This document shows positions 53,391 through 62,239 of a stretch of 64,000 bases of DNA, in pieces. The first letter of the stretch is position 1. Each line of letters begins with the position of its first letter. Where the stretch lies: IMG/VR virus record IMGVR_UViG_3300047094_002472. The stretch is one strand, 5' to 3'. The position numbers and the translations under genes were made by a program. A model generated the notes under the pieces. The model had not been told where the DNA came from. It made no database searches and saw only the letters and a program-made list of their open reading frames with translations. The stretch is from a virus.

Positions 53391-53419
53391 ATTCTACATC
53401 ATCGACCATCGGTTGTCAA
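53391..53419 (-). promoter_or_regulatory. sigma70 promoter with CCGAT box (tRNA-Ile)
   Basis: TTGACA-ACCGATGGTCGATGATG-TAGAAT. Confidence 0.8.
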
Positions 53420-53442
53420 CACTTGAGCCTAAAAAATAAATG

Positions 53443-53622
53443 TCAGAGAACACCAAAAACTTTCATCATAATAATAGAACTCATAACTAAGCCCACAATA
53501 CTAGTAAGTGTGCGAATAAGTTCAAACTTATGGTTGTGTTTATCTACCCATAACTCAAAACTATCCCTGAGTTTACCCTGCCTCTTAAGTTTATCAAGCC
53601 TTTTTTGGCTGAGTCTTTCCAT
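53443..53622 (-). CDS. small membrane protein
   Basis: C-terminal TM segment; start uncertain. Confidence 0.45.
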   Translation of the reverse strand: MERLSQKRLDKLKRQGKLRDSFELWVDKHNHKFELIRTLTSIVGLVMSSIIMMKVFGVL

Positions 53623-53724
53623 TATTCGTCCTTTGATTCTAGCGACCTTAGTATTCTTTGGCACTCTTGTAGTTTAGAATCCATATCCATACATTTTTTG
53701 CATAGTTCGGAGTCTACATATTCT

Positions 53725-54126
53725 TTAATCTTGTCTATCTCCGCTTTTAGTTCGATTATTTGGTTGATGTTCATTATTGGATACCTCAGTATTGTTACCT
53801 TTATTTTGCGGCATCCAAAAAATCATTTCGCCACTTTCATCATCCCATGCACACTCAAGTTTTCCAGCCGCAGCAAGTTTCGCTAAACCAACTTCGTGTA
53901 GCCAAATGCTAACCTCTTCAAATGTGTCATTAAAACTATCTTCATCGACTATATATCTATCGTTCTCGTCAATACCAACAATATGATTTGAGATAATATC
54001 CTTAACTTGATTGATGGTTATAAAGTCGTCCAGATTTTCTGTATAGTTTTCACACAAAGAGGATGCTGCTGCTGATCTAATACTATCGGCATAAGCATCC
54101 AAATCTAACACGCTGTAAGTTTCCAT
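53725..54126 (-). CDS. hypothetical protein (probable paralog of 37860..38282)
   Basis: LAKLAAAGKLECAWDDE...IFW. Confidence 0.6.
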   Translation of the reverse strand: METYSVLDLDAYADSIRSAAASSLCENYTENLDDFITINQVKDIISNHIVGIDENDRYIVDEDSFNDTFEEVSIWLHEVGLAKLAAAGKLECAWDDESGEMIFWMPQNKGNNTEVSNNEHQPNNRTKSGDRQD

Positions 54127-54142
54127 ATTAATACCCCTAAAA

Positions 54143-54424
54143 CTAGATAAATCTTTTAATACTTGATGAATCCTGATTATTAGCCATTTTCTCTAGCAGT
54201 CTATCTATGGTTTGCTGTAAATTATAGTTTCCTCTTGGGAGCCACTTACTATCTTCATAAAGAGCGGTCATTATTTGAGGAATATAATGCTGGTAGGCTA
54301 TTTCAAATTCCTCTGGAAAATAATGCTTTAGGATACGCTCAATATGAAACATACTATTGGTAATTTCATCCCTATAGTCTATTAGTTTATTGAATTGATC
54401 CCTTTGTTCTTGTGTAAAATTCAT
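54143..54424 (-). CDS. hypothetical protein
   Basis: ORF chain. Confidence 0.55.
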   Translation of the reverse strand: MNFTQEQRDQFNKLIDYRDEITNSMFHIERILKHYFPEEFEIAYQHYIPQIMTALYEDSKWLPRGNYNLQQTIDRLLEKMANNQDSSSIKRFI

Positions 54425-54834
54425 GTGACTTGTTCTCGGGGCTTAAGTTTCATCATTTTATGTTTGGTTTTCCAAACTCCAGTTTCCTTGTTTTGAATAT
54501 CCCCATTCATCCAAATATGACAGAAACCGGCCTGCTTGTCAATACCCCATGCGAGAATACCATTTTCATCTACCTTTTCCACAACAAAACGTCCGCGATA
54601 ACCCATTGGGATAAATTCACCCCGGCTTACATAGAATGGGCCGCCAGCAACCTTGATCCTATCCCCCTTAATCAGTTCTCTCCAATTAAAGTCACGAATA
54701 ATCTTTGTATTTTTTGATTCCTTGCTTTTTGCCTTAAAAACAAATGGATGATTACAATTCTTGCACATATATGCACGGGGGCCAGTAACCGTGCCGCACT
54801 TGTCACAAGCCTTCTTACCTTTACCAAGACCCAT
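54421..54834 (-). CDS. Zn-ribbon protein (start MGLGKG)
   Basis: CDKC....GPRAY.CKNC.HPF; AGGAG SD and promoter directly upstream. Confidence 0.7.
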   Translation of the reverse strand: MGLGKGKKACDKCGTVTGPRAYMCKNCNHPFVFKAKSKESKNTKIIRDFNWRELIKGDRIKVAGGPFYVSRGEFIPMGYRGRFVVEKVDENGILAWGIDKQAGFCHIWMNGDIQNKETGVWKTKHKMMKLKPREQVT

Positions 54835-54872
54835 AATCTGATCTCCTGTGATTGAGTAACTGATACGCTCTA

Positions 54873-54900
54873 AGTATAACATACCAATCGGCACTGTCAA
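54873..54900 (-). promoter_or_regulatory. sigma70 promoter with CCGAT box
   Basis: TTGACA-GTGCCGATTGGTATGT-TATACT. Confidence 0.75.
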
Positions 54901-54910
54901 GCCATAGTCT

Positions 54911-55330
54911 TTAAGAATTTCTATGAGCCTCACAACGAGTTGAAATCCAACCCTCTTTATTGGGCTCTCCTTTGTTTCCACAAATATCGCAAATCTTATA
55001 ACTCATTGCTTCTGCCATGCTCACTAAACCTTCTATATATTCATCCCCACCACTAAAATAAACTCTAAGACCACCGTACTTTTCTTTAATTTGGTCAAAT
55101 TTTACAGGAAAATACTCAGTAATAGTAGCATATTCTGGATTATATTTTGTTCTGGCTTCAATGTTTCCTTCATGCTGGTTAATCATCCAACAAAGAGAAG
55201 ATAGAATGTCATACCAACCTTCTCCGCACTCTATGCCAAAACACATAGGGCTTTCCATAGGAGTCTTGTTTTTATTGACAAAAAGTTGTGGATATTTTTC
55301 GTATAACTGATTTTGTAATTCGCTGTTCAT
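54911..55330 (-). CDS. conserved hypothetical phage protein
   Basis: ECGEGW, QIKEKYGGLR.Y, CDICG...C. Confidence 0.7.
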   Translation of the reverse strand: MNSELQNQLYEKYPQLFVNKNKTPMESPMCFGIECGEGWYDILSSLCWMINQHEGNIEARTKYNPEYATITEYFPVKFDQIKEKYGGLRVYFSGGDEYIEGLVSMAEAMSYKICDICGNKGEPNKEGWISTRCEAHRNS

Positions 55331-55575
55331 AGTCTTTGTTTTCTTTTTTGTTCTTCTGATTTATAATCCGGTTCTGGTATGATAGTAAGTTTACCGGGGC
55401 TATAGTGACAAAAGTAACTTTGCTTAATCTTTCGTTTAATTAAATTGTTTTCTTCGATTTCAACATAGATATTAATGCGATAGCGGTTTTCAAAAACATT
55501 AATAATTTTAATCATCAAATAGTTTTTGGGCTTATCTACCTGCTTAAACAATAAACTCTCAATCTCTAAATCCAT
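55327..55575 (-). CDS. hypothetical protein
   Basis: ORF chain. Confidence 0.5.
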   Translation of the reverse strand: MDLEIESLLFKQVDKPKNYLMIKIINVFENRYRINIYVEIEENNLIKRKIKQSYFCHYSPGKLTIIPEPDYKSEEQKRKQRL

Positions 55576-55793
55576 TACCTAGCCCTCCGATTTGCTCTAT
55601 GAAGAATACGAATAGTTTCTTTGGCGTTACTTGGAACCATAACTAAACTTGGTGCTGTTTTATGTCCCCAATCCATAAAACCAACAGCACGATGCTCAAC
55701 ACTACATTCTGTGCAAATGATTTTGCGTCCAGTCTCAGTTAAAAACTCATACCGATCAATACCAACGCAGTTTTTACAATAGATACAGTTCAT
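55575..55793 (-). CDS. DksA/TraR C4-type zinc-finger-like protein
   Basis: CxxC...DRYEFL.....CxxC. Confidence 0.5.
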   Translation of the reverse strand: MNCIYCKNCVGIDRYEFLTETGRKIICTECSVEHRAVGFMDWGHKTAPSLVMVPSNAKETIRILHRANRRAR

Positions 55794-55812
55794 GGCAACC
55801 TCCGTTTAGCGG

Positions 55813-55840
55813 ATTATACCATAGTCATCGGCATTGTCAA
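55813..55840 (-). promoter_or_regulatory. sigma70 promoter with CCGAT box (within the deaminase 3' end)
   Basis: TTGACA-ATGCCGATGACTATGG-TATAAT. Confidence 0.75.
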
Positions 55841-56272
55841 CTCGTCTACTGTAATCAAATTTCCAATACTGTCACTAAAATTGCCGCCATCGGTACTATA
55901 ATAAATATCTTTCAATCCAACAGCACTTAAGAGTTTATTACAATTTTCGCAAGGTTTACTTCCAAGTATTAGTCCCTTTCGATTAATTCTAAGAACACAT
56001 AATGTCCAATCAGAACGAATGGTATTGTATTGATCCAAAAGTTTAGAAATAAGATGAGATTCAGCGTGTACATATGGATATTCTATATATTTAGGAAGAT
56101 TAAACTGCTCACCTATACGATAGGCTCTGGTATTAGTTTTTATCGGATTGTTTTTGGTGAAACAAATCATTTTGTTACCATGAAAAGCAGCGGCATAGTG
56201 GTAACACCTAATAAGAGGACTTGGATTCCAATTAGCGTATGCTTTACGTATTGTCTTGTTTATTATTTTCAT
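55814..56272 (-). CDS. cytidine/dCMP deaminase-like protein
   Basis: HAE...SKPCENC Zn motif. Confidence 0.8.
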   Translation of the reverse strand: MKIINKTIRKAYANWNPSPLIRCYHYAAAFHGNKMICFTKNNPIKTNTRAYRIGEQFNLPKYIEYPYVHAESHLISKLLDQYNTIRSDWTLCVLRINRKGLILGSKPCENCNKLLSAVGLKDIYYSTDGGNFSDSIGNLITVDELTMPMTMV

Positions 56273-56426
56273 TATCCGTATTATCCAATGTGCTTTGATA
56301 TGTTTTGCTATAAGTATCGTCTATCACTGGCTCTGGATATAACTTATCGGCAGATGACAATGGGACAAGATTTACCCTCTTACTTTGTGGAGAGTCTGTT
56401 AGTTTGATTTTTTGTGGCTCTTTCAT
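56244..56426 (-). CDS. hypothetical protein
   Basis: ORF chain. Confidence 0.4.
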   Translation of the reverse strand: MKEPQKIKLTDSPQSKRVNLVPLSSADKLYPEPVIDDTYSKTYQSTLDNTDNENNKQDNT

Positions 56427-56434
56427 ATTATGTC

Positions 56435-56581
56435 CTATTTAGTAGCAAGCATATATAGGCCGCAGTTAGCAAAAGAGTAGCCAGCATACGCTATGCCAAG
56501 ACCATAATTGCCTTTACAAAACTGCTCTATACTAACATAAGCATATACGCAGCCAGTTAGTGCTATTAGCCATCCACTCAT
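56435..56581 (-). CDS. 48-aa membrane protein (not in the ORF track)
   Basis: MSGWLIALTGCVYAYVSIEQFCKGNYGLGIAYAGYSFANCGLYMLATK; AGGAG SD. Confidence 0.65.
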   Translation of the reverse strand: MSGWLIALTGCVYAYVSIEQFCKGNYGLGIAYAGYSFANCGLYMLATK

Positions 56582-57492
56582 GTTAATACTCCTTTACAAA
56601 TTTCTTCGTGCTTCTCTATAGCGTAGTCTTTTGCTTTTAGTTCCATATCTACATCAAAATCTAGTCCATAGGTTTCAAACTTATTATAGGCATAATCTGC
56701 ATGGGCTCTAGGATTATTACCTTCTCTTGATTCACTATAATGAAATAGTGGTTTGTGTCCATGCCAAGTGTCGTGACACGCAATAATGGCTGTATTTTCA
56801 TTAAGCATATCAGAATGGCATTTGTGATGCAAATAGTCGAACGTGATAGGGATATTGGTTTTAGGATGAAAATGAGTGATTAGTTCACGAACACTCCAAC
56901 AATTCAATTTGTCATCATTCTCAATAACAAGTCTTGCCTTGCAATTATCGTCTAATTTATCAAAGTTGCGTTTAAATCGTTCAATGATTTCATCATACGT
57001 TCCATTTTTATTATGAACGTGCAAATTCATTGGGTTGTAGTAATTTGCTTTACAGCCAATCCTGTCGAGAAAACTGCTATAGAAATTAAGTTCTGTAATA
57101 GTTTTTTCTACTGCTTTTTCATTGGTGGATGCAAGAACATTAAACTCTGATGGGTGACAAGATATGCGAACACCCTTATCTTTAATGGTTTGTTCTATAT
57201 TGTCCATTTCATCTTGAATATCGTCATAATTAGGCAAATCTTCTAGAGAAATATTAGCCTCATCAAAAGTGATAAGAGGAAATAGATCACTACTAACTCT
57301 ATAAGAGTAGCCATTATCACCGCAAAACTGGATTGTTTCATTGGTTACAACCATATTATTGTGGATACGATCACCAAGGATACTCAACGCTTCCACTCTT
57401 GGAAGTGAAGCGAAACGCTTGTAGGTCATTGTTTTAAATCCATGACCCTGTTCCTTAAGTTTTAAAGATATGCAGCACAGACCGTAAGCCAT
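56578..57492 (-). CDS. uvsE: UV-damage endonuclease
   Basis: YRVSSDLFP, RISCHP..F.VL.S, NLH, IENDD, FD..HH, HYSE, HAD, ELKAKD. Confidence 0.93.
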   Translation of the reverse strand: MAYGLCCISLKLKEQGHGFKTMTYKRFASLPRVEALSILGDRIHNNMVVTNETIQFCGDNGYSYRVSSDLFPLITFDEANISLEDLPNYDDIQDEMDNIEQTIKDKGVRISCHPSEFNVLASTNEKAVEKTITELNFYSSFLDRIGCKANYYNPMNLHVHNKNGTYDEIIERFKRNFDKLDDNCKARLVIENDDKLNCWSVRELITHFHPKTNIPITFDYLHHKCHSDMLNENTAIIACHDTWHGHKPLFHYSESREGNNPRAHADYAYNKFETYGLDFDVDMELKAKDYAIEKHEEICKGVLT

Positions 57493-57513
57493 AGATTCTC
57501 CTAAGATAGCATC

Positions 57514-57541
57514 AGTATACTACGCTATCGGCATCTGTCAA
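57514..57541 (-). promoter_or_regulatory. sigma70 promoter with CCGAT box (uvsE)
   Basis: TTGACA-GATGCCGATAGCGTAG-TATACT. Confidence 0.75.
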
Positions 57542-58161
57542 CGCGATTCTTGAGTTTCTTCGTATTCTTGCAGAAGTGCTGCTCTCATAGGCTCTGTGAT
57601 ATTATTAGAATCTAGATAATAGGCAAGATTCATATGAAATGTATTAGGCATATGACTGAGAACCCTATCAGAATAGATGGGATTCTTTGGTCTTTTGCGT
57701 AAAGAGCGATTAATGTGATAATGAAGCAGATATGCGTTAACTGCACGAATATACTTATCAACACTTACATCTTCTATAGGGTTATTGTGCAGCAATCTTA
57801 GTGCCTTGTTCTCACAATCATGTTCTAATTCTAGAATATCATGAAGACTTTGGTTTAATTCCTCATCCGTATAATTAGACTCTGGCTTATCTATCCATTC
57901 AAATAAAGTGTCATATGTTAATAACGACCTATCCCATAGGTCACGATTATTTTTCCACTGTAAGTAGTGACAATATTCATGCAAGAATACTTCAAAACCC
58001 ATATCATGGTCTAAAGCAACAACCAATTCCCTCTCACCATCTTCTGCACCAAACCATCCTCCATAACCATCTAATTCCTTTTTTCTATGTATCAACACAG
58101 AAAATCCATTGGCTAAAAGTTCTCTGGTGCATTTGGTGATAAAATTTAGTTTAGTATCCAT
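57538..58161 (-). CDS. HExxH metallopeptidase-like protein
   Basis: LHEYCHYLQW...LEHDCE. Confidence 0.65.
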   Translation of the reverse strand: MDTKLNFITKCTRELLANGFSVLIHRKKELDGYGGWFGAEDGERELVVALDHDMGFEVFLHEYCHYLQWKNNRDLWDRSLLTYDTLFEWIDKPESNYTDEELNQSLHDILELEHDCENKALRLLHNNPIEDVSVDKYIRAVNAYLLHYHINRSLRKRPKNPIYSDRVLSHMPNTFHMNLAYYLDSNNITEPMRAALLQEYEETQESR

Positions 58162-58163
58162 AC

Positions 58164-58355
58164 TTATGCTCTGTTTTCGGTAACGTCTATCGCAGAATAA
58201 ATTCTCATAACTTTATGGGTGGGTTCAAAATATTGCTGAAAAGCCAGTTGTGCTTCTAGTTCGGTTGTTGTAAAAAAAGTTTCATGCAGCAAAATAGTTT
58301 GCTTATACTTATCGTTTTTTTCGTATCCCTGACCAGTAACTAAAAATTCTAACAT
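58164..58355 (-). CDS. hypothetical protein
   Basis: ORF chain. Confidence 0.45.
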   Translation of the reverse strand: MLEFLVTGQGYEKNDKYKQTILLHETFFTTTELEAQLAFQQYFEPTHKVMRIYSAIDVTENRA

Positions 58356-58639
58356 TATATTTTTTCTTTCTTGTTATAGTTTTCTTGTCTCAGTTTATCT
58401 TCCTTCTGCATATAATAGGCCGTAGAAACTAAAAAGAATAATCCACCAAAGAATACTACCAGTCCAACAAGTAAATATATGGCGAACAAAGATAGCACAA
58501 GATTTATTAACATATCTAGTCTTTCGTTATTTTAAGTACAATTCCAAAAATAGTAAACATTATACAGCATATTCCTATAAATATGAACGGGAAAGCGAAC
58601 AATATGTCGCTATATTCACTAAGTCTAAAGTTTACCATA

Positions 58640-59266
58640 TTATAGTCCAAACGCTTCAATAGTATATTTAAATGGCTTATCTGGTATATTTTTCACTAAT
58701 TCTAACATTTGTTGTGCTATTTCTCTGATTTCTAGTTGAGCGTTGTCTTTATTTCTTAAAGATTGAAAATGATAAAAACTTCTCCAATTAAAACTCACAT
58801 CAGCGGTAATTTGTGTATTATATCCTCTAAAAAATCGAGCAGATTCTTTGGCTCTTTTTCGATCAACACCATAATTATCTGTTAAATCTTTAATACAATC
58901 ATGGTATAGTCTCAACCCATTTTCCGTATAATGCTTTAATTGTTCTTTCCATAGTTCGGGCCAGTCTTCAGGGACTAAATATTTATCTTCTTTGATCTCT
59001 TTATATCTTGCAGATTCTCCGTTGACACTAACGCCGATACGATGTTTGATAATATGTATATGAGAGGCTATATCTGTGGTTACAAGAAAGTGTAGATAAG
59101 ATTTTTCAAAAGGAGTATGATGCCCTTCATCCGCTAACATTTTTAACAGTTTGGGGATTCTATTGATTTTATCTTCTGATAAATCTCTAGAAGTGCTAGT
59201 CCAAGCAGAACAACTTATAATTTTATCATCACCGTAGTATCCTACCAACTCAACATTATTTTGCAT
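58640..59266 (-). CDS. thyX: flavin-dependent thymidylate synthase
   Basis: HHTPFE, KHR...ESARY, KESAR, NWRS..HF..LR...AQ.EIR. Confidence 0.93.
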   Translation of the reverse strand: MQNNVELVGYYGDDKIISCSAWTSTSRDLSEDKINRIPKLLKMLADEGHHTPFEKSYLHFLVTTDIASHIHIIKHRIGVSVNGESARYKEIKEDKYLVPEDWPELWKEQLKHYTENGLRLYHDCIKDLTDNYGVDRKRAKESARFFRGYNTQITADVSFNWRSFYHFQSLRNKDNAQLEIREIAQQMLELVKNIPDKPFKYTIEAFGL

Positions 59267-59858
59267 ATTTAGTCCTATATTGTATGAGGTCATTTATCCA
59301 TTCTAAAAATAGTTCCTGGCTCATATCTCGTTTTGCTTTATTGCAGATTTCACAACAAGTTACGGTATTATTTTTTGTATATCCTTTACTAGAATCAATT
59401 CTATCTAAACCATTATATGTAAAAGAGCCATTTCTTTTTCTTTTTCCTATGTTGGTTTTTATTGTTGTTCTAGGCAATCTGCCACAATAATAACATTGTT
59501 TTTGTGTTAATTCTAAAAATTCTTCTTTTGTAAATTCAAAATCTATTTTCTTGTTTTGGCTTCGATTTACATAGCCCTTATAGCAACAGTGTTTTGCCGC
59601 TTCACCTAAAGGCTTAGTATTTCTTTGTGCAGTTTTTTCTGGAAGAATATTTTTTCTAAACTCATCTAACAAACATCCGCAACTCTTGGTTCTTTTTAAG
59701 CAACCTATTCTCAATATTTTTTCTTGACCACAAACACATTTAACTTTCCAATAACTTTCCCTCCTATCCTTCCAAAATACTTTAAAACCCATAAATTCGG
59801 TAACTGTTAATCTGCCAAATGTTTTACCTATCAAATTTTGTGCTGGTTTGTTTTTCAT
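59256..59858 (-). mobile_element. free-standing HNH homing endonuclease (start MKNKPA)
   Basis: GKTFGRLTV, CVCG, SCGC, CYYCG, LDRIDSSKGY..NN.VTCC..CN.AK; SD-occluding hairpin. Confidence 0.85.
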
Positions 59859-59991
59859 AGTTATCTCCATAATAAATGGTTATATTATCTAATACACCAA
59901 TTACCATAGAAATAGTAAGAATATTTTATTTTTTTTTGGCCTATTGATTATATGGTTTTCTGCATCTGGAGTTACGCTAACTAGTTTTACA

Positions 59992-60240
59992 TTACTTATA
60001 ATTTTTGATTTCCATGTTTAGTAAATATGTTTGTTGATGATCCAACCATTTATTATCTGTCATGTCATTATAAATTGCTTTGGCTAATTTGCTAACGCTC
60101 TTTGCAACTCCGCTACGGTTTGAATCATCTGCTTTTGACCAGTAATATTGTACAGGCTCTCCCTTTTCTTCGTCACCCTTTTCCTTGAGGGTTTCGTACC
60201 CCTGTTGTTTTGCCCACTTTTTTATTTCTGACCAAAGCAT
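59992..60240 (-). CDS. hypothetical protein
   Basis: AGGAG SD before MLWSEI. Confidence 0.55.
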   Translation of the reverse strand: MLWSEIKKWAKQQGYETLKEKGDEEKGEPVQYYWSKADDSNRSGVAKSVSKLAKAIYNDMTDNKWLDHQQTYLLNMEIKNYK

Positions 60241-60371
60241 CCAGTTTCTCCCTAGAGTTACGCTCATTATACAACTTGTTCAGCATCCTGTCAATGTCAG
60301 ATATTTGTTCTTGGTCGAGGCCATAGCCTTTTCTCAACGAATATTGACAAATTCTAATAAGCAAATCATAA

Positions 60372-60566
60372 TCATTTTTTGTCATATCTTTTCCACGCAT
60401 CCTTATGCTTAATCGCTATAATTTCTGCTCTTTGCTCTTTAATAACATGATACTGATAAGAAATTAACTCTTTAAGACCATCAATATATGTTTGTATGGC
60501 GGAGTCTTGTATGTCAATATTCTCTTCTAGTATTCTATATTTCAGAGGGTTGGGTGTTTCTTTCAT
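60372..60566 (-). CDS. hypothetical protein
   Basis: ORF chain. Confidence 0.45.
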   Translation of the reverse strand: MKETPNPLKYRILEENIDIQDSAIQTYIDGLKELISYQYHVIKEQRAEIIAIKHKDAWKRYDKK

Positions 60567-60745
60567 TGGTTGTGTTCTATCTTTGGTATTAGGTTTGTAT
60601 CGTCCAATACTTCTTTTAGTTCTATGGTAAGTAATGATAGGTTTTTATTGCTTGAGTTTTTGGATACTAGCATTTGAATTAGTTGACATATTTTTTCGCA
60701 AGAAATCTGTTGTTGGGTGAGAGATATTGCTATTTTAGTATCCAT
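60563..60745 (-). CDS. hypothetical protein
   Basis: ORF chain. Confidence 0.45.
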   Translation of the reverse strand: MDTKIAISLTQQQISCEKICQLIQMLVSKNSSNKNLSLLTIELKEVLDDTNLIPKIEHNQ

Positions 60746-60872
60746 AAATTATTATTCTTGCACCTTGGTTCCCATATCGTATGGGTATCCATCTTTGGGA
60801 TCGTCGCTATAAACTCCTTCATATTCATTATCCCACCAAGGAATTTTGCTGTCTGGTAGTTGTTCACTCATA

Positions 60873-61283
60873 TTATTCCTTTTCTACCATCGTACCATCT
60901 TTTACCACATAAATCTTAACATTAATGCTTGATCGAATATAGTCTCTACCACCATCAATCATATTGCCGTTTTTGAAACTCTTATAGTCGTGACGAAATT
61001 GAGAATATTGTAGATCACCATTATCATCTTCTACCATACCGAAAGTTAAATCCTCTATGCTATCGGCATTAAATATTACATATTTCTCTCTATCATGGTC
61101 ATAACCAAAACCAAAATATCTATTGCCAAATTCTGGATGTGGTGTTTCTCTATAAAAAATATCCGCAGGAGTATCACTTCGTCTAAAGTCTGTGGTACAA
61201 ACATAGTTCACTGGAACACCATCTTTTACAGAATAATATTCTGTGATGTTGTTTGTATTTGTCATTGGGAAATGTTTAATCAT
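60873..61283 (-). CDS. conserved hypothetical phage protein
   Basis: YS..RHDY.......IDGGRDY. Confidence 0.65.
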   Translation of the reverse strand: MIKHFPMTNTNNITEYYSVKDGVPVNYVCTTDFRRSDTPADIFYRETPHPEFGNRYFGFGYDHDREKYVIFNADSIEDLTFGMVEDDNGDLQYSQFRHDYKSFKNGNMIDGGRDYIRSSINVKIYVVKDGTMVEKE

Positions 61284-61289
61284 TTTAGG

Positions 61290-61568
61290 TTAATACCTTT
61301 CACCCTCTAGGGGGTCTTTACTATAAGGATAGTTGAACGGGCCAAGATTTTGTTTACGCCTTTTCTTTATCCAGTCAAGAGTATCGTCAAAGCATTTTTC
61401 GCAAATTTGAATATCAAACTTTGTGCCATCATATTTCGATCCATAGCCCCATATTGCTTCTAATGTAGCATATTCATTACCAATTTGTTCTATGGAACAA
61501 GGATTTCCACAAACGTCACAATAAACTCCATCTTCAACTTTTCTTTCAACAATCTTATATGTTTTCAT
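61290..61568 (-). CDS. Zn-binding hypothetical protein
   Basis: CDVCG...WGYGS..DG...CEKCF. Confidence 0.6.
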   Translation of the reverse strand: MKTYKIVERKVEDGVYCDVCGNPCSIEQIGNEYATLEAIWGYGSKYDGTKFDIQICEKCFDDTLDWIKKRRKQNLGPFNYPYSKDPLEGERY

Positions 61569-62040
61569 CGAATATTTCCATATCGTCAAAATTATATGGT
61601 TCGACAGTCCAGCCTAGTTTTAGTAGATCTAACCTAATCTCATCTGTAACAAAACCCTCACCAGCATAACCTTCTACATTATGTTGTCCTATGCCACTAC
61701 AATACCAATCAATATAGTCTCCCTTTTCATTTAGATCAGCAACAATACCACCAGCATATCTCCAAGAGCAAGTCCATTCTTTTTTGTTTTGTAAAAATCT
61801 ATTGTTGCACAAAGCAGCGTATAGGTTTTGACTGTAAGTATTACTATTCTTGCATTTATTAGCAATCCACTCACACCCCCTCAAATCCCAACCTAGATCA
61901 TTATCTTGAGGCATTTCTTTATGCGACAACATCTCTTTCATTGAATCATACTGCTCTTGAGTAATATCGCCTTTATCTAGGGACTTTTTATAATGGTTCA
62001 TCATAAAACTTCCCCTATCGGGACTTGTGAAGTATTTCAT
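61555..62040 (-). CDS. conserved hypothetical phage protein
   Basis: QNLYAALCNN, CSWR.AG, DYIDWYCSG. Confidence 0.65.
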   Translation of the reverse strand: MKYFTSPDRGSFMMNHYKKSLDKGDITQEQYDSMKEMLSHKEMPQDNDLGWDLRGCEWIANKCKNSNTYSQNLYAALCNNRFLQNKKEWTCSWRYAGGIVADLNEKGDYIDWYCSGIGQHNVEGYAGEGFVTDEIRLDLLKLGWTVEPYNFDDMEIFDENI

Positions 62041-62239
62041 GCCAGTTCTTCTCTAAATGGTTCATAATATCTGGTATTTTACGATCATTATAAAAACAGT
62101 CAAGGTGCGAGCCTGTTAATTCTCTATATTTATCGGGCCAAACTTTATTTAAGCAATTCATAATATTTTGACCTTCTCTAATGCCTAAACGGTATTGACT
62201 ATCAATATGGTTTTTGAACTGCTGAAATGTCATGTCCAA
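62015..62239 (-). CDS. hypothetical protein
   Basis: REGQ..MN...DCFY.D. Confidence 0.55.
   Translation of the reverse strand: MDMTFQQFKNHIDSQYRLGIREGQNIMNCLNKVWPDKYRELTGSHLDCFYNDRKIPDIMNHLEKNWHEILHKSR

Larger units (their letters stand above)
580..59898. promoter_or_regulatory. dispersed GGTGTAW motif (putative late promoter)
   Basis: Minus-strand copies at 580, 1193, 5793, 8793, 13093, 17775, 18482, 28782, 53083 and 59893; variants at 14903, 48353 and on the plus strand at 33717; all just upstream of genes and oriented with them. Confidence 0.75.
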
